This document shows positions 25,035 through 38,719 of a stretch of DNA of 64,000 nucleotides, in pieces. The position numbers were made by a program, and so were the translations under genes. Numbering within the stretch: position 1 is the stretch's first letter; each line of letters starts with the position of its first letter. Below the pieces are notes generated by a model. The model made no database searches and was not told where the DNA came from. It saw only the letters and a list, made by a program, of their open reading frames with translations. This DNA is from Hemiscyllium ocellatum (Eukaryota), in NCBI RefSeq assembly GCF_020745735.1, contig NW_026867442.1, positions 49,040 to 113,039 on the forward strand, given 5' to 3'.

Positions 25035-28000
25035 TGGATCCAATTTGCCAAAATGCCTTGGATCCCATGGGCTCTTACCATAACTCCAGGAAAGGCAAGA
25101 GAGGTAGGCAAGTAGTCCAGGAGTCTTCTGTGGTTATTCCCATTTCAAACAAGTATGCTGTTTTGGAAAATGTAGGGGGTGATGGAAACTCAGGGGTACT
25201 TAGCATGAGCAGCCAAGTTTCTGGTATTGACACTGGCTCTAATGTAATGGGAGGTACGTCGGGTTCCAAACAATCGACTGTGTTAGGGGACTCTCTAGCC
25301 CGAGGTACAGACAGACATTTCAGTGGCCAGCAGTAAAAAATCAGAATGGTGTGTTGCTTCCCTGGTGCCAGGATCAAAGATGTCTCAGGGAGGGTGCAGA
25401 ATGTACTTAAGTGGAGAGAGACCAGCAGGAGGTCATTGTACACTTTGGAACCAACGACATAGTAAGGGAAAAGGTTGAGATTCTGAAGGGAGATTGCAGA
25501 GAGCTAGGCAGGAATTTAAAAAGGAGGTCCTCAAGAGTAGTAATATCTGAATTACTCCTGGTGCTATGAGCTAGTGAGGGCAGGAACAGGAGGATAGAGC
25601 AGATGAATGCATGGCTGAGGAGCTGGTGTATGGGAGAAGGATTCACATTTTTGGATCTTTGGAAGCTGTTTTGAGGTAGAAGTGACCTGTACAAGAAGGA
25701 CAGATTGCACCTAAATTGGAAGGGAACTAATATACTGGCAGGGAGATTTGCTAGAGCTGCTCGGGAGGATTTAAACTAGTAAGGTGGGCGGGTGGGACCC
25801 AGGGAGATAGTGGGGAGAGATTTCAACCTCAGATTGGTAAAGTTGAGAACAAAGGCAAGTCAAACAGTCAGGGCAGGCGGGGACAAAGCAGAGAACAAGG
25901 TAAGACTGATAAATTAAACTGCATTTATTTCACTGCAAGAGGCCTAACAGGGAAGGAAGATGAACATGGGGCGTGGTTAGGAACATGGGACTGGGATATC
26001 ATAGCAATTACAGAAATATGGCTCAGGGATGGACAGGACTGACCGTTTAATGTTCTAGGATACAAATGCTACAGGAAGGACAGAAAGGGAGGCACAAGAG
26101 GAGGGAGAGTGGCATTTTTGATAAGGGATAGCATTACAGCTGTACTTAGGGAGGATATTCCCAGAAATACATCCAGGGAAGTTATTCGGATGGAACTGAG
26201 AAAAAAGAAGGGGATGATCACCTTGTTGGGATTATAATATAGCTCCCCTCCAGTAGTCAGCGGGAAATTGACAAACAAATTTGTAAGGAGATTTCAGTTA
26301 TCAGTAAGAATAATGGGGTGGTTATAGGAGGGGATTTTAACTTTCCAAACATAGACTGTGACTGCTATAGTGTGAAGGGTTTAGATGTAGAGGAATTTGT
26401 TAAGTGCGTACAATACAATTTTCTGATTCAGAATGTGGATGTACCGACTAGAGACGGTGCAAAGCTCAACCTTGGAAATAAGGCAGGGCAGGTGACTGAG
26501 GTGTCAGTGGAGGAGCACTTTTGGTCAGCGACCATAATTCTATTCATTTTAAAATAGTGAAGGAAAAGGATAGACCAGATCCAGAAGTTGAAGTTCTAAA
26601 TTGGAGGAAGGCTAATTTTGCCAGTATTAGGCAAGAACTCTGAAAAGCTGATTGGGGGCAGTTGCTCGCAGGTCATGGGACAGCTGGAAAATAGGAAGCC
26701 TTCAGAAATGAGATAAATTGAGCCCAGAGATAGTATATTCTAGTTACGGTGAAAGGAAAGGCTGGTAGGTGTAGGGGATATTGGATGATGAGAGAAGTTG
26801 AGGGTTTGGTTGAGAAAAAGGATGAAGCATATGTCAGGTATAGACAGGATAGATTGTGTGAATCCTTAGATGGATACAAAGGCAGTAGGAGTACACTTAA
26901 GATGGAAATCAGGAGGGCAACGACATGAGATAGCTTTGGCAAATAGGGTTAAGGAGAATACAGAGGGGTTTTATGAATACATTAAGGACAAGAGGGTAAC
27001 TAAGGAGAGAATAGGGCCCCTCAAAGATCAGCAAGGCGACCTTTGTGTGGAGCCGCAGGAGATGGGGCAGATACCAAATGAGTATTTTGCTTCACTAACT
27101 GTGGAGAAGGATATTGAAGATATAGAATGCAGGGAAATAGATGGTGATATCTTGAAAAATGTTCATATTACAGATGAGGAGGTGCCAGATGTCTTTGAAA
27201 TGCATAAATGTGGATAAATCCCCAAGACCTAATTAGGTATACCCTAGGACTCTGTCGGAAGCTAGGGAAGTGATTGCTGGGCCTCTTACTGTGATATTTG
27301 TATCCTCAATAGTCACAAAAGATGTGCCAGAAGACTGGAGGTTCACTAATTGGTGCCACTACTTAAGAAAGGTGGTAAGGAAAAGCCAGGGAACTGTAGA
27401 CCAGTCAGCCAGACGTCAATTGTGAGGAAGTTATTGGAAGGAATCCTGAGGGACAGATTGTCCATAAATTTGGAAAGGCAAAGACTGATTAGGGATAGTC
27501 AGCATGGTTCTGTGCATGGGAAATCATGTCTCACAAACTTGATTGAGTTTTTTGAAGAAGTAACAGAAAGAATTGATGAGGGCAGAACGTTACACTGGAT
27601 CTGTATGGACTTCAGTAAGACATTCAACAAGGTTCCCCATGGAAGATTGGTTAGCAAGGTTAGATCTCATGGAATACAGTTAGAACTAGCCATTTGGATA
27701 CAGAACTGGCTCAAAGGTAGAAGACAGTGGGTGATGGTGGAGGGTTGTTTTTCAGACGGGACGTCTCTGACCAGTGGAGTGTCATAAGGATTGGTGCTGG
27801 GCAACTACTTTTTGTCATTTACATAAATGATTTGGATGTGAACATAGGAGGTAGAGTTAGTAAGTTTGCAAATGACACCAAAATTGGAGGTGTAGTGGAC
27901 AGCGAAGAAAGTTACCTCAGATTACACCAGGATCTTGATCCGATGGGCCAATGGGCTGAGGAATTGCAGATGGAGTTTAATTTAGATAAATGCAAGGTGC

Positions 28001-28785
28001 TGCAGTTAGGAAAGCAAATCTTAGCAGGACTTATACACTTAATGGTCAGGTTCTCGGGAGTGTTGCTGAACAAAGAGACCTTGGAGTGCAGGTTCATATC
28101 TCTTTGAATGTAGAGTCGTAGGTAGGTAGGATAATGAAGACGACATTTGGTATGCTTTACTTTATTGATTAGAGAATTGAGTATGGGTGTTGGGAGGTCA
28201 CCTAAACCACTTTTGGAGTATTGTGTTCAATTCTGATCTCCTTCCTATCAGAAAGATGTTGTGAAACTAGAAAGGGTTCAGAAAAGATTTACAAGGATGT
28301 TACTAGGGTTGGAGGATTTAAGCTATACGGAGAAGTTAAATAGACTAGGGATGTTTTCCCTTGAGTGAGGTGTGACCTTACAGAGGTCCCTGCTGAGGGG
28401 TGACCTTACAGAGGTTTACAAAATCATGAGGGACATGGATTGGGCAAAGAGACCAAGTCTTTTCCCTGAGCTGGTGGAGTCCAGTAATAGAGGGCATGGG
28501 TTTAGCGTAAGAGGGGAAAGATATAAAAGAGACTTGAGAAGCAACTTTTTCACGCACAGAGTGGTGCAAGTGCAGAATGGGGCTGCCAGAGGAAGTGGTA
28601 GAGGCTGGTACAATTACAACATTTAAAAGGCATCTGAATGGGTATATCAATAGGAAGGGTTTGGAGGGATCTGGGCCAGGTGTTGGCAGGTGGGACTAGA
28701 TTGGGTTGGGATGTCTGGTTGGCATGGACAAGTTGGACCTTAGGGTCTGTTTCCATGCTGTACATCTCTATGACTCTATGACTCT
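25035..28785 (+). mobile_element. Long decayed CR1 LINE (ORF1 esterase part plus ORF2)
   Basis: VIGGDFNFPNID, GKSCLTNLIEFFEEVT..MDFSKTFNKVPH, VSKFANDTKIGG motifs; (GACTCTAT)n tail. Confidence 0.92.
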
Positions 28786-28924
28786 AGAAGGAGGCTGTTC
28801 AGCCCCTTGTGTCAGTACTAGCTGTTTACTAACCTCACTCACAATGAACATCTCCATTGAATTCTGGATGAGTGGTGCTGGAAGAGCACAGCCATTCAGC
28901 CAGCATCCGAGGAGCAGCGAAATC

Positions 28925-28952
28925 GATGTTTCGGGCATAAGCCCTTCATCAG
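28925..28952 (-). ncRNA. Minimal hammerhead core, probably impaired
   Basis: CUGAUGA-A-GGGC-UUAU-GCCC-GAAAC-AUC; G-to-A change breaks the ACGU palindrome. Confidence 0.55.
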
Positions 28953-29279
28953 GAATAAAGGCAGTGAGCCTGAAGCGTGGAGAGATAAGCTAGAGGAGGG
29001 TGGGGGTGGGGAGAAAGTAGCATAGAGTACAAGCAAATGTGTCTGTGGTAGCGAGTTTGTTTCATGAAATGTTTGAAGAGCTTCAGGGCAGAGGAAATGA
29101 CCTGGGAGTTGCAGTGGGAGAGGGACTCCCTGAGATTATTGTAGAGAGAAGCTCTTCAACCATGTCATGAAACAAACTCGCTCCCACAGCCACATTTGCT
29201 TGTACTCTCTGCTACTTTCTCCCCACCCCCACCCTCCTCTAGCTTATCTCTCCACACTTCAGGCTCACTGCCTTTATTC

Positions 29280-29307
29280 CTGATGAAGGGCTTTAGCCCG
29301 AAACGTC
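29280..29307 (+). ncRNA. Minimal hammerhead ribozyme core, intact
   Basis: CUGAUGA-A-GGGC-UUUA-GCCC-GAAAC-GUC. Confidence 0.75.
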
Positions 29308-30219
29308 GATTTCGCTGCTCCTCGGATGCCGCCTGAACTGCTGTGCTCTTCCAGCACCATTAATCCAGAATCTGGCTTCCTGCATCTGCAGACATTGTTT
29401 TTATCTCTGTTGAATGTCTATTGTTGGGAAGTAATTAAATCTGTTTAGAGACAGAATGTCCGACAAATGTGAACAGATCAGAGTAAGTCAGCATGGATTA
29501 AAAAGGGTCAGACATCTTTAACTGGTTACATGTTTTAACGAGGTCACTAATGTGTGAGATAAGGGAATGTGTTGTTTATATGGACGTCCAGATGACATTC
29601 AAGGAAGTTCTGCACAAGTGTTATAATGTTATCGTTGGAACAAAGAGATGACAGATAAACATATTCTGGATCTTTCTGCACAAATGAATTCTCAAATAAA
29701 TCTCAGACATGTTGGTGAACTTGGAGTTTTATCAGAGGAAGGAGCTGAAGGAAATCAGTTGTTGGAGGAAAATGGTTCTGGGAAAATTAGAATGTCTTAA
29801 ATCAGGAGGGCTAAATAATCTATTTTCAGGAGTGCTTCAGGAAGTGGTTGTAAAATATGAGAAACATTGATGGTTATCTGTTTGTCGACTGTGGAATAGG
29901 TCCTACAAAATGGAGGGAGTTAATTTAACACGCCTATTGAAAGAGAGAGAGAGAGAGGGAAAATAAGAAATTTTAGACCAATTAGCCAGAAGTCAGCAGT
30001 GGAGAAAATGCTTAAGTTCATTATAAAATATTTTATAGCTTAGCACTTTGAAAACAGTGGCAGAACTGGACAGAGTCGGCATGAATTGTCGAAAGGGAAA
30101 TCATGCTTAAAAAATCGACTGGAATTGTTTGAGGATATAGTGAGTGGATTTGATAAGGGGGGGGGCCCATGGATATGGTTTGTTTGGACTTTGTAAGGGG
30201 AATAGATCGGCGGTTCTGT

Positions 30220-33200
30220 GGTCAAAAACAAGACTCACGAATAGCATGTTGCCTCCCAGTTGTACGACTCAGGCATGTCTCAGATCGGCTGCAGGACATT
30301 CTGAAGGGGTGGGTGAACAGCTAGCTGTGATGGTGCATGAAGGGACTGATGATATCGTAATAAATGGAATGGGGTCCTACAAGCAGAATTTATGGAGTGA
30401 GGAACCATATTAAAATGTAGGATCTCAGAGGTAGTAATCTCAGGATTGCTCCCAGTGCCATGTGCTAGTCAGAGTCGAAATGAAAATATAGGCAGGATGA
30501 ATGTGTGGCTTGAGAGATGGTGCAGGAGGGAGGGGTTCAGGTTTTTGGGACATTGGGACTGGTTCCAGGGGAGGTGGGACAATTACAAATCGAGTGGTCT
30601 ACACCTGGGCAGGACTGGAACCAGTGTCCTGAGGGATGTGTTTGATCACACTCTTGGGGAGGGTTCAAAATAGTGTAGCAGAGGGATGGGAACCAAATGA
30701 GGAAGTTAGTGGGCAATAAGGAGGGAGTAACTAAAGCCTGTCAGGAACTAGATATTGAAGTCAGCGTGACTAAGGTTAAGAGTAGGTAGGGAGCAGATGA
30801 TGAATGCAAAGGGACAGATGGTCTGAGATGCATTTGTTTTAATGTGAGAAGTGTAGTAGGTAAGGCAGAGGAATTTAGGGCTTGGACTAGTATCTGGGAG
30901 TATGATGTTATTGCTATTACTGAGACGTGGTTGAGGGAATGGCAAGATTGTTAACTAAATATCCCAGGATACAGATGTATCAGATGCGTTCGAGAGGGAA
31001 GTAAAAGGGATGGAGGAGTTGCATTACTGGTCAGAGTGGATATCACAGGTGTGGTGAAGGAGGGCACTATGGAGGACTCGAGCAGTGGGGCAATATGGGC
31101 AGAGGTCAGAAACAGGAAGGGTGCAGTAACAATGTTGGTGCTATCCTACAAGCCTCCTAACAGTGAACGTGAGATAGAGGTACAAATATGTAAACAGATT
31201 ATGGAAAGATGTAGGAGTAACAAGGTGGTGGGTGATGGAAGATTTTAATTTTCCCAACATTGACTGGGATTCACTTCATGTTAGAAGTTAAAATGGAGCA
31301 GAATTTGTAAGAAGCATCCAGGAGGATTTCACAGAGTAATGTGGAAGTAGTCTAACTTAGGAAGGGGCCATACTGGGCTGGTGTTGGGGAATGAGCCCAG
31401 CCAGGTGATTGAAATTTCAGTCGGGGATTACTTTGGAAGAGTGATCACAATTCCATACGTTTTAGAATGCTCATGGACAAAGATGAGAGTGGTCCTAAAG
31501 GAAGAGGGCTAAAGTGGAGGAAGGCCAACTATCCCAAAATTTGGAAGGAGCTGGGGAATGTGGATTGGGAGCAGCTGTTTAAAGGGAAATCCACATTTGA
31601 TATGTGGGTGGCTTTTAAAGAGAGGTTGACTAGAGTCAGGACAGACATGTCCCTGTGAAAATAAAGGATTGAAATGGCGTGATTAGGAAACGCTGGATGA
31701 CAGATGAATTTGTGAGATTAGCTAAGAGGAAAAAGGATGCATACATAAGGTCTAAGTGGCTGAAAACAGACAAAGCTTTGGAAGAATATCGTGAAAGTAG
31801 GACCAATCTGAAGTGAGGAATTAAAAGGGCTAAAGGGGTCACAAAATATCATGAAGGAAAATCCCAAATCCTTTTATTCATACATAAGGAGCAAGTGGGT
31901 GACTAGAGAAAGGGCTGGCCCACTCAAGGACAAAGGAGGAAAGATATGTGTGGAGTCAGAAAATGGATGAGATTCTTAATGAGTGCTTTATGTCGGTATT
32001 CACCAAGGAGAGGGAAATGACAGATGTTGAAGTTGGGGATAGGTGTTTGATTACTCGAGGGCAAGTCGATTTAAGTAGGGAGGAAGTGTTGGGTATTTTA
32101 AAAGGCATCAAGGTGGACAAGTCCCCAGGTCAGGATGGGATCGATCCCAGCTTACTGAGGGAAGCAAGAGAGGAAATAGCTGGGGCCTTAATCGATATCT
32201 TTGTAGCAACCCTGAACATGGATGAGGGTCCCAGAGGACTGGAGAATTGCTAACGTTTAAGAAGGGTAGCCAGGATAATCCAGGTAACTATCAACCAGTG
32301 AGCCTGATGTAGTGGTAGGGAAGCTGCTGGAGAAGATACTGAGGGATAAGATCTATTTACTTTTGGAAGAAAATTGACTTATCAGTTATAGGCAGCATGA
32401 AGTTGTGCAGGGAATGTCGTGTCTTACCAACTTTGTAGATGTTTTTGAAGAACTGATGAAGTTGATTGAGGAGGGATGGGCTGTGGATGTCATACGCATG
32501 GACTTCAGTAAGGTGTTTGATAAAGTTCCCCATGCTAGCCTGATAAAGAAATTTAAGTCGCATGGGGTCCAGAGTGTACTCACTAGATGGGTAGTGAACA
32601 GGTTGGGCAACAGAAGACAGACAGTAGTGGTGGGAGTACTTTCTCAAAATGGAGAACAGGAATCCGTGCTGGTACCGCTCTTGTTTTTGATCTACATAAA
32701 TGATCTGGAGGAAGGTATAGGTGGTCTGATTAGCAAGTTTGCAGATGACACTAAGATTGGTGGAGTAGCAGATAGTGAAGGGGACTGTCAGAGAATGCAG
32801 CAGAATATAGATAGATTGGAGAGTTGGGCAGAGAAACGGATGGATGGAGTTCAAGCCAGGCAAATGCAGTCTGATGAATTTTGGAAGATCCAAATCTGGA
32901 GTAAACTGTACGGTGAATGGAACACCCTGGGAAAATTGATGCCCAGAGCGACCTGGGTGTTCAGGTCCATTGTACCCTGGAGGTGACAACACAGGTCGAC
33001 AGAGTGGTCAAGAAGGCATATGGCACATCTTCCTTCACCAGACGTGGTATTCAGTACAAGAGTTGGAAGGTCATATTAGAATTATATCAGACTTTGGCTT
33101 GGCCACATTTGGAATACTGCGTACAGTTCTGGTTGCCACATTACCAGAAAGATGTGGATGCTTTGGAGAGGGTGTAGAGGAGGTTCACCAGGATTGCCTG

Positions 33201-33650
33201 GTATGGAGGGCACTAGCTATGAAGAGAGGCTTAGTAGATTAGGATTATTTTCATTAGAAAGTCAAATGTTGAGGGGGGACCAGATTGGGGTCTACAAAAT
33301 CATGAGAGATATAGACAGGGTGGATAGCAAGAAGCTTTTTCCCAGAGTGGGGGACTCAATTACTCGGGGGTCATGAGTTCAAGGTGAGAGTGGAAACATT
33401 TCAGGGAGATATGTATGGAAAGTTCTTCACACAGAGGGTGATTGGTCCTGGAACACGTTGCCAGTGGAGGTGGTAGAGGCAGGCACAATAGCATCATTTA
33501 AGATATATCTAGATAGATACATGGATGGGCAGGGAGCAAAGGGAGACAGAACCTTGGAAAATTGATGACAGGTTTAGATGGAGGATATGGACCAGTGCAG
33601 GCTAGTAGGGCCGAAGGGCCAGTTCCTGTGCTGTAATTTTCGTTGCTCTT
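30220..33650 (+). mobile_element. Long decayed CR1 LINE (ORF1 esterase part plus ORF2)
   Basis: MNVWLERWCRREGFRFLGHW; SCLTNFVDVFEE..MDFSKVFDKVPH..ISKFADDTKIGG (32405-32986). Confidence 0.92.
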
Positions 33651-33659
33651 TGTTCTTTG

Positions 33660-35860
33660 AACTGAGGAAGCTCAAAGGAACAGAGTGATCTTGGGTGCTT
33701 CTCCACTGATCCCTGAATATGGCAAGACAGGTTAACGGAACAGTTATGAAGGCACAGGGGACACTTGCCTTTGTCATGTCAGGTATTGGTTATAAAAGCA
33801 GGAGGAGATGGTGCAGTTAAGCAGAACATTGGTTAGGCCACAGCTGGAGTACTGTGTGCAGTTCAGGTCACCACACTGTAGGAAGGATGTGATTGCACTG
33901 GATGGGGTGCAGAGGGGAATCACCAGGATGTTGTGTGGGATGGAACCTCTCAGTGATGAAGAGAAATTGGATCAGCTCGGGTTGTTTTCTATAGAGCAGA
34001 GAAGGTGGAGGGGGGACCTGATAGAGGTGTATAAGGTTATGAGGGGAATTGGCAGGGAGGAGAGAAAGCAGCTGTTCTCCTTCTTGGGAGGGTCAATAAC
34101 AAGTTGACTCACATTCAATGTGAAAGCTAGGAGGCTTCAAGATGTTTTAAGGAAAATGTTTTTCATCCAGAGGATGGTGTGCATCTGGAATGCACAGCCT
34201 GAGAGGGGAGTTGAGGTGGGAAACCTCACAAAGTTTAAAATGTACTTGGGTGAGCAGTTGAAATGTCATAACATTCAAGCTGTGGGCCTCATGTTGGAAA
34301 GTGGGACTGGTGTAGGTTTAGTGTAGTTTGGCTGGTACACAGTTAATGGGCTGAAGGGCCTCCTCTGTACTGTGTGATTTCATGATTCTGTCGTGGGTAG
34401 TTTCAGGCTCCTTAATTGAGGAAGGATGTTCTGGCTGTGGAGGGAGAGCAGTGAAGGTTTACCAGACTGATTCCTGGGAGGACAGCACTTAGATCTGATG
34501 AGAAACTGGATCAGTTAGGATTATATTCATTGGCGCTTAGAAGATTGAAAGGAATCATATTGTAACCTTGAAAATCCGAACAGGACAAGACTAGAACAAC
34601 ACAGGGAGGATGTTCCTGATGACTGGGGAATCCAGAACTACGAATTATGGTTTAAAGAAAAGGGAAAGGTTATTTCAGACTGAGCTGAGGAGACATTTCT
34701 TTTGCCAGAGACTGGGAAGCTAGTGGGATAGTCTGTCACAGAAAGCAGTTGAGCCCAAAACATTCAATATTTTCAAGAGGATAAGTGTATTCTTAGGACT
34801 AAAGGGGTTAAATTTTATGGAGAAAAAATGGGAGCAGGGGACTAAGTTGGATGATTAGCCATGGTCATATTGAATGGCAGAGCCAACTTGAAGGGCTGAA
34901 TGGCCGCCTCTTGCTCCTAGTTCCTTTGTTTCTATGTTTGAGAGACTGTTCATAAACATGGAAACATATGGAATTATAGAGTCTTAGAGCCATCGAGTCC
35001 TACAGCACAGAGACAGGCCCTTTGGCCCAAACTGGACCGTGCTGACCAAAATGTCCATCCATGCTAACCCCATTTCCCTGCACTTGGCCCATATCCTTCA
35101 AATGTTTTCCTATCTATGTATTTGTCCAAATGTCTTTTAAATGTTGTTAATGTATCCACCTCAATCACTTCAGCTGGCATCTCATTCCACATGCGTGCCA
35201 CCCTCTGTGTAAAAATGTTGCCCCTCAGGTTCCCTTTTATTCATTCCTCTCTAAAACTAAACTGATGCCCTCTCATCCTCGTTTCCCCAACCCTCTCCAT
35301 GTCTCTCATGATCTTATACACTTCTAAATGTTCCCCCACCAGTCTCCTACGCTCTCAGAAAAAAGTCCTAACTTGGCTAACTTCCCCCTATAACTCAGAT
35401 TGTTGAGTCCAGGCAACATCCTTGCCAATTTCTTCTTGTACTCTTTCTGGTTTAGTAATATCCTTCCTATAACAAGGTGACCAAACTGAATACAATATTC
35501 CAAGTGCGACCTCACTGACATCCTGTACAATATTAGAGATTAGATTCCCTCCAGTGTGGAAACAGGTCTTCGGCCCAACCAATCCACACCGACCCTCTGA
35601 AGAGTAACCCACCTAGACCCATTTCCCTCTGACTAATGTACCTAAGACTATGGCCAATTTAACATGGCCAATTCACCTGACCTGCACATCAAACTTACTA
35701 ATCATGCCTTACAGATTCTCATCCAAATCATTAATATTGATAACAAACAGTAATGGGTCAGCACTGAGCCCTGAGGAACTCCACCCAACACAGGCCTCCA
35801 GTCTGACAAGCATCCTTCCAATATTACCTCTGCTTCCTATCATCAAGACAGTGATAGAAA
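33660..35860. mobile_element. Stack of CR1 3' fragments (plus to about 34940, minus thereafter) with a SINE piece at about 35535-35690
   Basis: LVRPQLEYCVQF and VRSHLEYCIQF motifs. Confidence 0.8.
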
Positions 35861-36019
35861 AGTATTTGTCTTTGGTTAGGAATTAGTTTGGAGATAGGAG
35901 ACAGAGAAGAGGGATAAGATGTGAACAAGATGTGAATAGTGGTTTGTGCAGGGGCCTCAGTATTTCACGATATTTCTCAATGACTTGGATGAAGGAAAGA
36001 GAGCCAATTATCCAAGATT

Positions 36020-36470
36020 GCTGACCACACGGAGTGAGGCAGCTTGGAGGAGGTTACAGAGATAGGGAGGGTGGAGAGCAGAGAGGGATTTGAGAACAAG
36101 GATGAGAATTTGAAAATCGAGGTGTTGCTCGACCAGGAGCCAATATAGGCACGGGGTGCAGGGGGTTGTGGGAACGGGACATGGTGCAAGTTTGGATACG
36201 GGCTGCAGAATTTTGGATGAGCTGAAGGATACGGAGGGCAGTGGCTGTGATGTGCATCAGCCATTGGAATGGTCATGTTTGGAGCCCCATAAACATGGCT
36301 GAGATTTTCAGTGGCTGATCTTTGTGATATGAAAGATATGGGTCTTAGATCATTCTCAAACATGAGACCCAGTTTGTAAAGAGTCTGGTTGAGCAGCAGA
36401 CAATGCTCAGGGAGAGGGATGGAGCTTATACCAGGATCTGAAGAGGATGGCTTTGAGCTTCCCAATATGT
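36020..36470 (-). mobile_element. L2-like LINE relic (mirror of 16690-17150)
   Basis: LRILQLIQNSAARI in ORF 36054-36257. Confidence 0.6.
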
Positions 36471-36479
36471 TTCACAGTG

Positions 36480-36735
36480 ACACTGGCTCCTCAGTCCTGA
36501 CTGCTCTTAGCTGCTGTGATTGTCACTGATTAGACACTTATTATTAGAGATTCTGACCACAGCAGAAAGCCCCAGTGTAAAAAATAACTGCAAAGACTGT
36601 CAGATCGCAAGGTTGAAACTTCACCAAAAGAGGAAGTGAAAGAAGGAGCTCGGAGCAGCTGGGTGTTTGTTACTGAGACGGGAGAAAACTGTGAACTGTC
36701 TGCTCTCCCTGGAATCTGACAGCACAGGAGGCTGG
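36480..36735. promoter_or_regulatory. Conserved non-coding island, candidate B-cell enhancer (copy 2)
   Basis: GAGGAAGTGAAA 36630-36641, CAGCTG 36656-36661, GACCACA 36555-36561. Confidence 0.5.
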
Positions 36736-38719
36736 TTCTAGGATTTATTTTTTGCAGAAACAGCACAGTTTTGGAAAAAGTGTCAGTCACTCTCTCACAA
36801 ACACACACGCCTGCACTCGGAGATCAGAAACAGAATCCAGCAGCAGCTCTGTCTCCAAGGTGTGAAACCTGCACAGAATTGTTCCCTCGTTCAGTTTATA
36901 ACTGGCAGGATAGACCAAGCAGGGAAGGCAACACAGTGGTGTGTACAGTCGGAAGGGAGTTGCCCTGAGAGTCCTCACCATTAACTATGGAATCCATGAA
37001 GCCTCATGACAGCAGGTCAAACATGGGGAAGGAAACCTCCTGCTGATTACCACATAGCACCGCCCTCCCCTCCAACCTCAACTGAGCAGTCAGTCCTCCT
37101 CCATGTTGAACAACACTTGGAGGAAGCACTGAGGATGGGAATGATGCAGGATATACCCTGAGTAAGGGACTTCAAAGTCCACCATCAAAAGCTGCTCAGA
37201 AGCATCACTACTGAGCAAACTGGTCACGCTCCACCTGATTCAGCTGCGAGACTGGACCTGGGGCAGGTGGTGAGGGAACCGACAAGAGGGAAAAACATAC
37301 TCACTATCACCTTCACCAACCTGCTGCTGGTGTATCTGTCCATGACAGTATCAGTAAGAGTGACCACAGCACAGACCGTGTGGAGACAAAATCCTGTCTT
37401 CCCTTTGAGATTATCTTACATTCTGTTGGGCAAGAGATATGGAATGTCAGAAAGAACTTTGTGTTTAGCAGCAATTGTCAAAGTCTTGGAAATTTGTGCC
37501 CATTCAGGTGTGACAGGTGAAGACACTCAGTGATTGCAATGGCAGATTGGATCGGCTCTTGATGGAAATAAACCTGCAAGGCCCTGGGGGTCGAGTAGGG
37601 GAGGGGGTGGGACTGACTGGATTGCTCCATGAAATGACAGCATTTCCCTGACAGGCTGAATGTTCTCCCCCTGTGCTGGAAATAGGTCTCACTCAATGAG
37701 GGGTTCATAGTTAGAGAGTCTGGATGCAGTAAATACAGGACAAATTGTTTCTCCAGGCAGGAGGGTCAGTAACCAGAGGGCACACATTTCAGAAAGAGTC
37801 GAAAGCACAAGAGAGAAGATAGGAACATTTTTTATCCAGCGAGTTCATGATGACTGTCTGCAAGGTGAGTGGAAGTGGATTCAACAGCAACTTTCAAAAG
37901 GGCATTTGGAGAAATAGCTGAAAAGGAAATAATTGCAGGGTTATACAGGAAGGGCTGGGGAAATGGGACTCATTGGACTCATTTGACTAACAGTCGCAAT
38001 TAACCCAGTGACCTCTGTCTGTGCTGTTTTAGAGCTTACACATACTTAGACTCACCTTTACACAAAGACTGGGAGAAACAGACAACCCAGTTTACAGAAG
38101 AGTGTTTTCTCAAGGAAAACTCTCTTGAACCAACTCAGGGAACAGGCCAGACTAGATTTACTGATGAGGAATAATTCAGCAAATCAATGGCAAGGGAACA
38201 GTGAACCAAAAGTGATGGGATTGAACAGTATATTCAATAGCACAACCATTCAGAGGGGGAGGGATCAAGGGCAGGAAGTCCGAGAGCATGCTGTAGGGGT
38301 CTGAAGGCTCTGCTGTCAATGGTGGGATGGAGCAAGCAGCAATGGGCAGGAGACCAGAGACAGAAGATGGAAGGGGGAGGGAGGGAATGTGAGTCTGCAG
38401 CAGGACACAGACGGAGGGAGGCCATGGTGGCAATTGGCTGGCAGTGAGGTCAGGGGTCATTCTGGATTGAGAGATGGATAAGACAGGGAAGGGCCCACTC
38501 CATATCAGACAAATTGGAGTTTATGGAATATGGCTTTAGGAAGCTAGGAGAGGACATTAGAATCATAGAGTTAGGGAGCAGGACGAGCAGGAATTAGGGT
38601 TTCTGTGGTCAAGGGGGCGAGGTAGTGCAGACACAATGTTGTTGAGATTGAAATAAGAGGCATACGTGATGGAGAGGATGTGGGGTTTGCAGCTCAGGTG
38701 CTGGATAGTACTGAGGGAA

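Larger units (their letters stand above)
28861..29404. mobile_element. Large Penelope-like fold-back element, arms about 220 bp
   Basis: About 28861-29082 is the inverse of about 29149-29370; hammerhead core in each arm. Confidence 0.8.
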
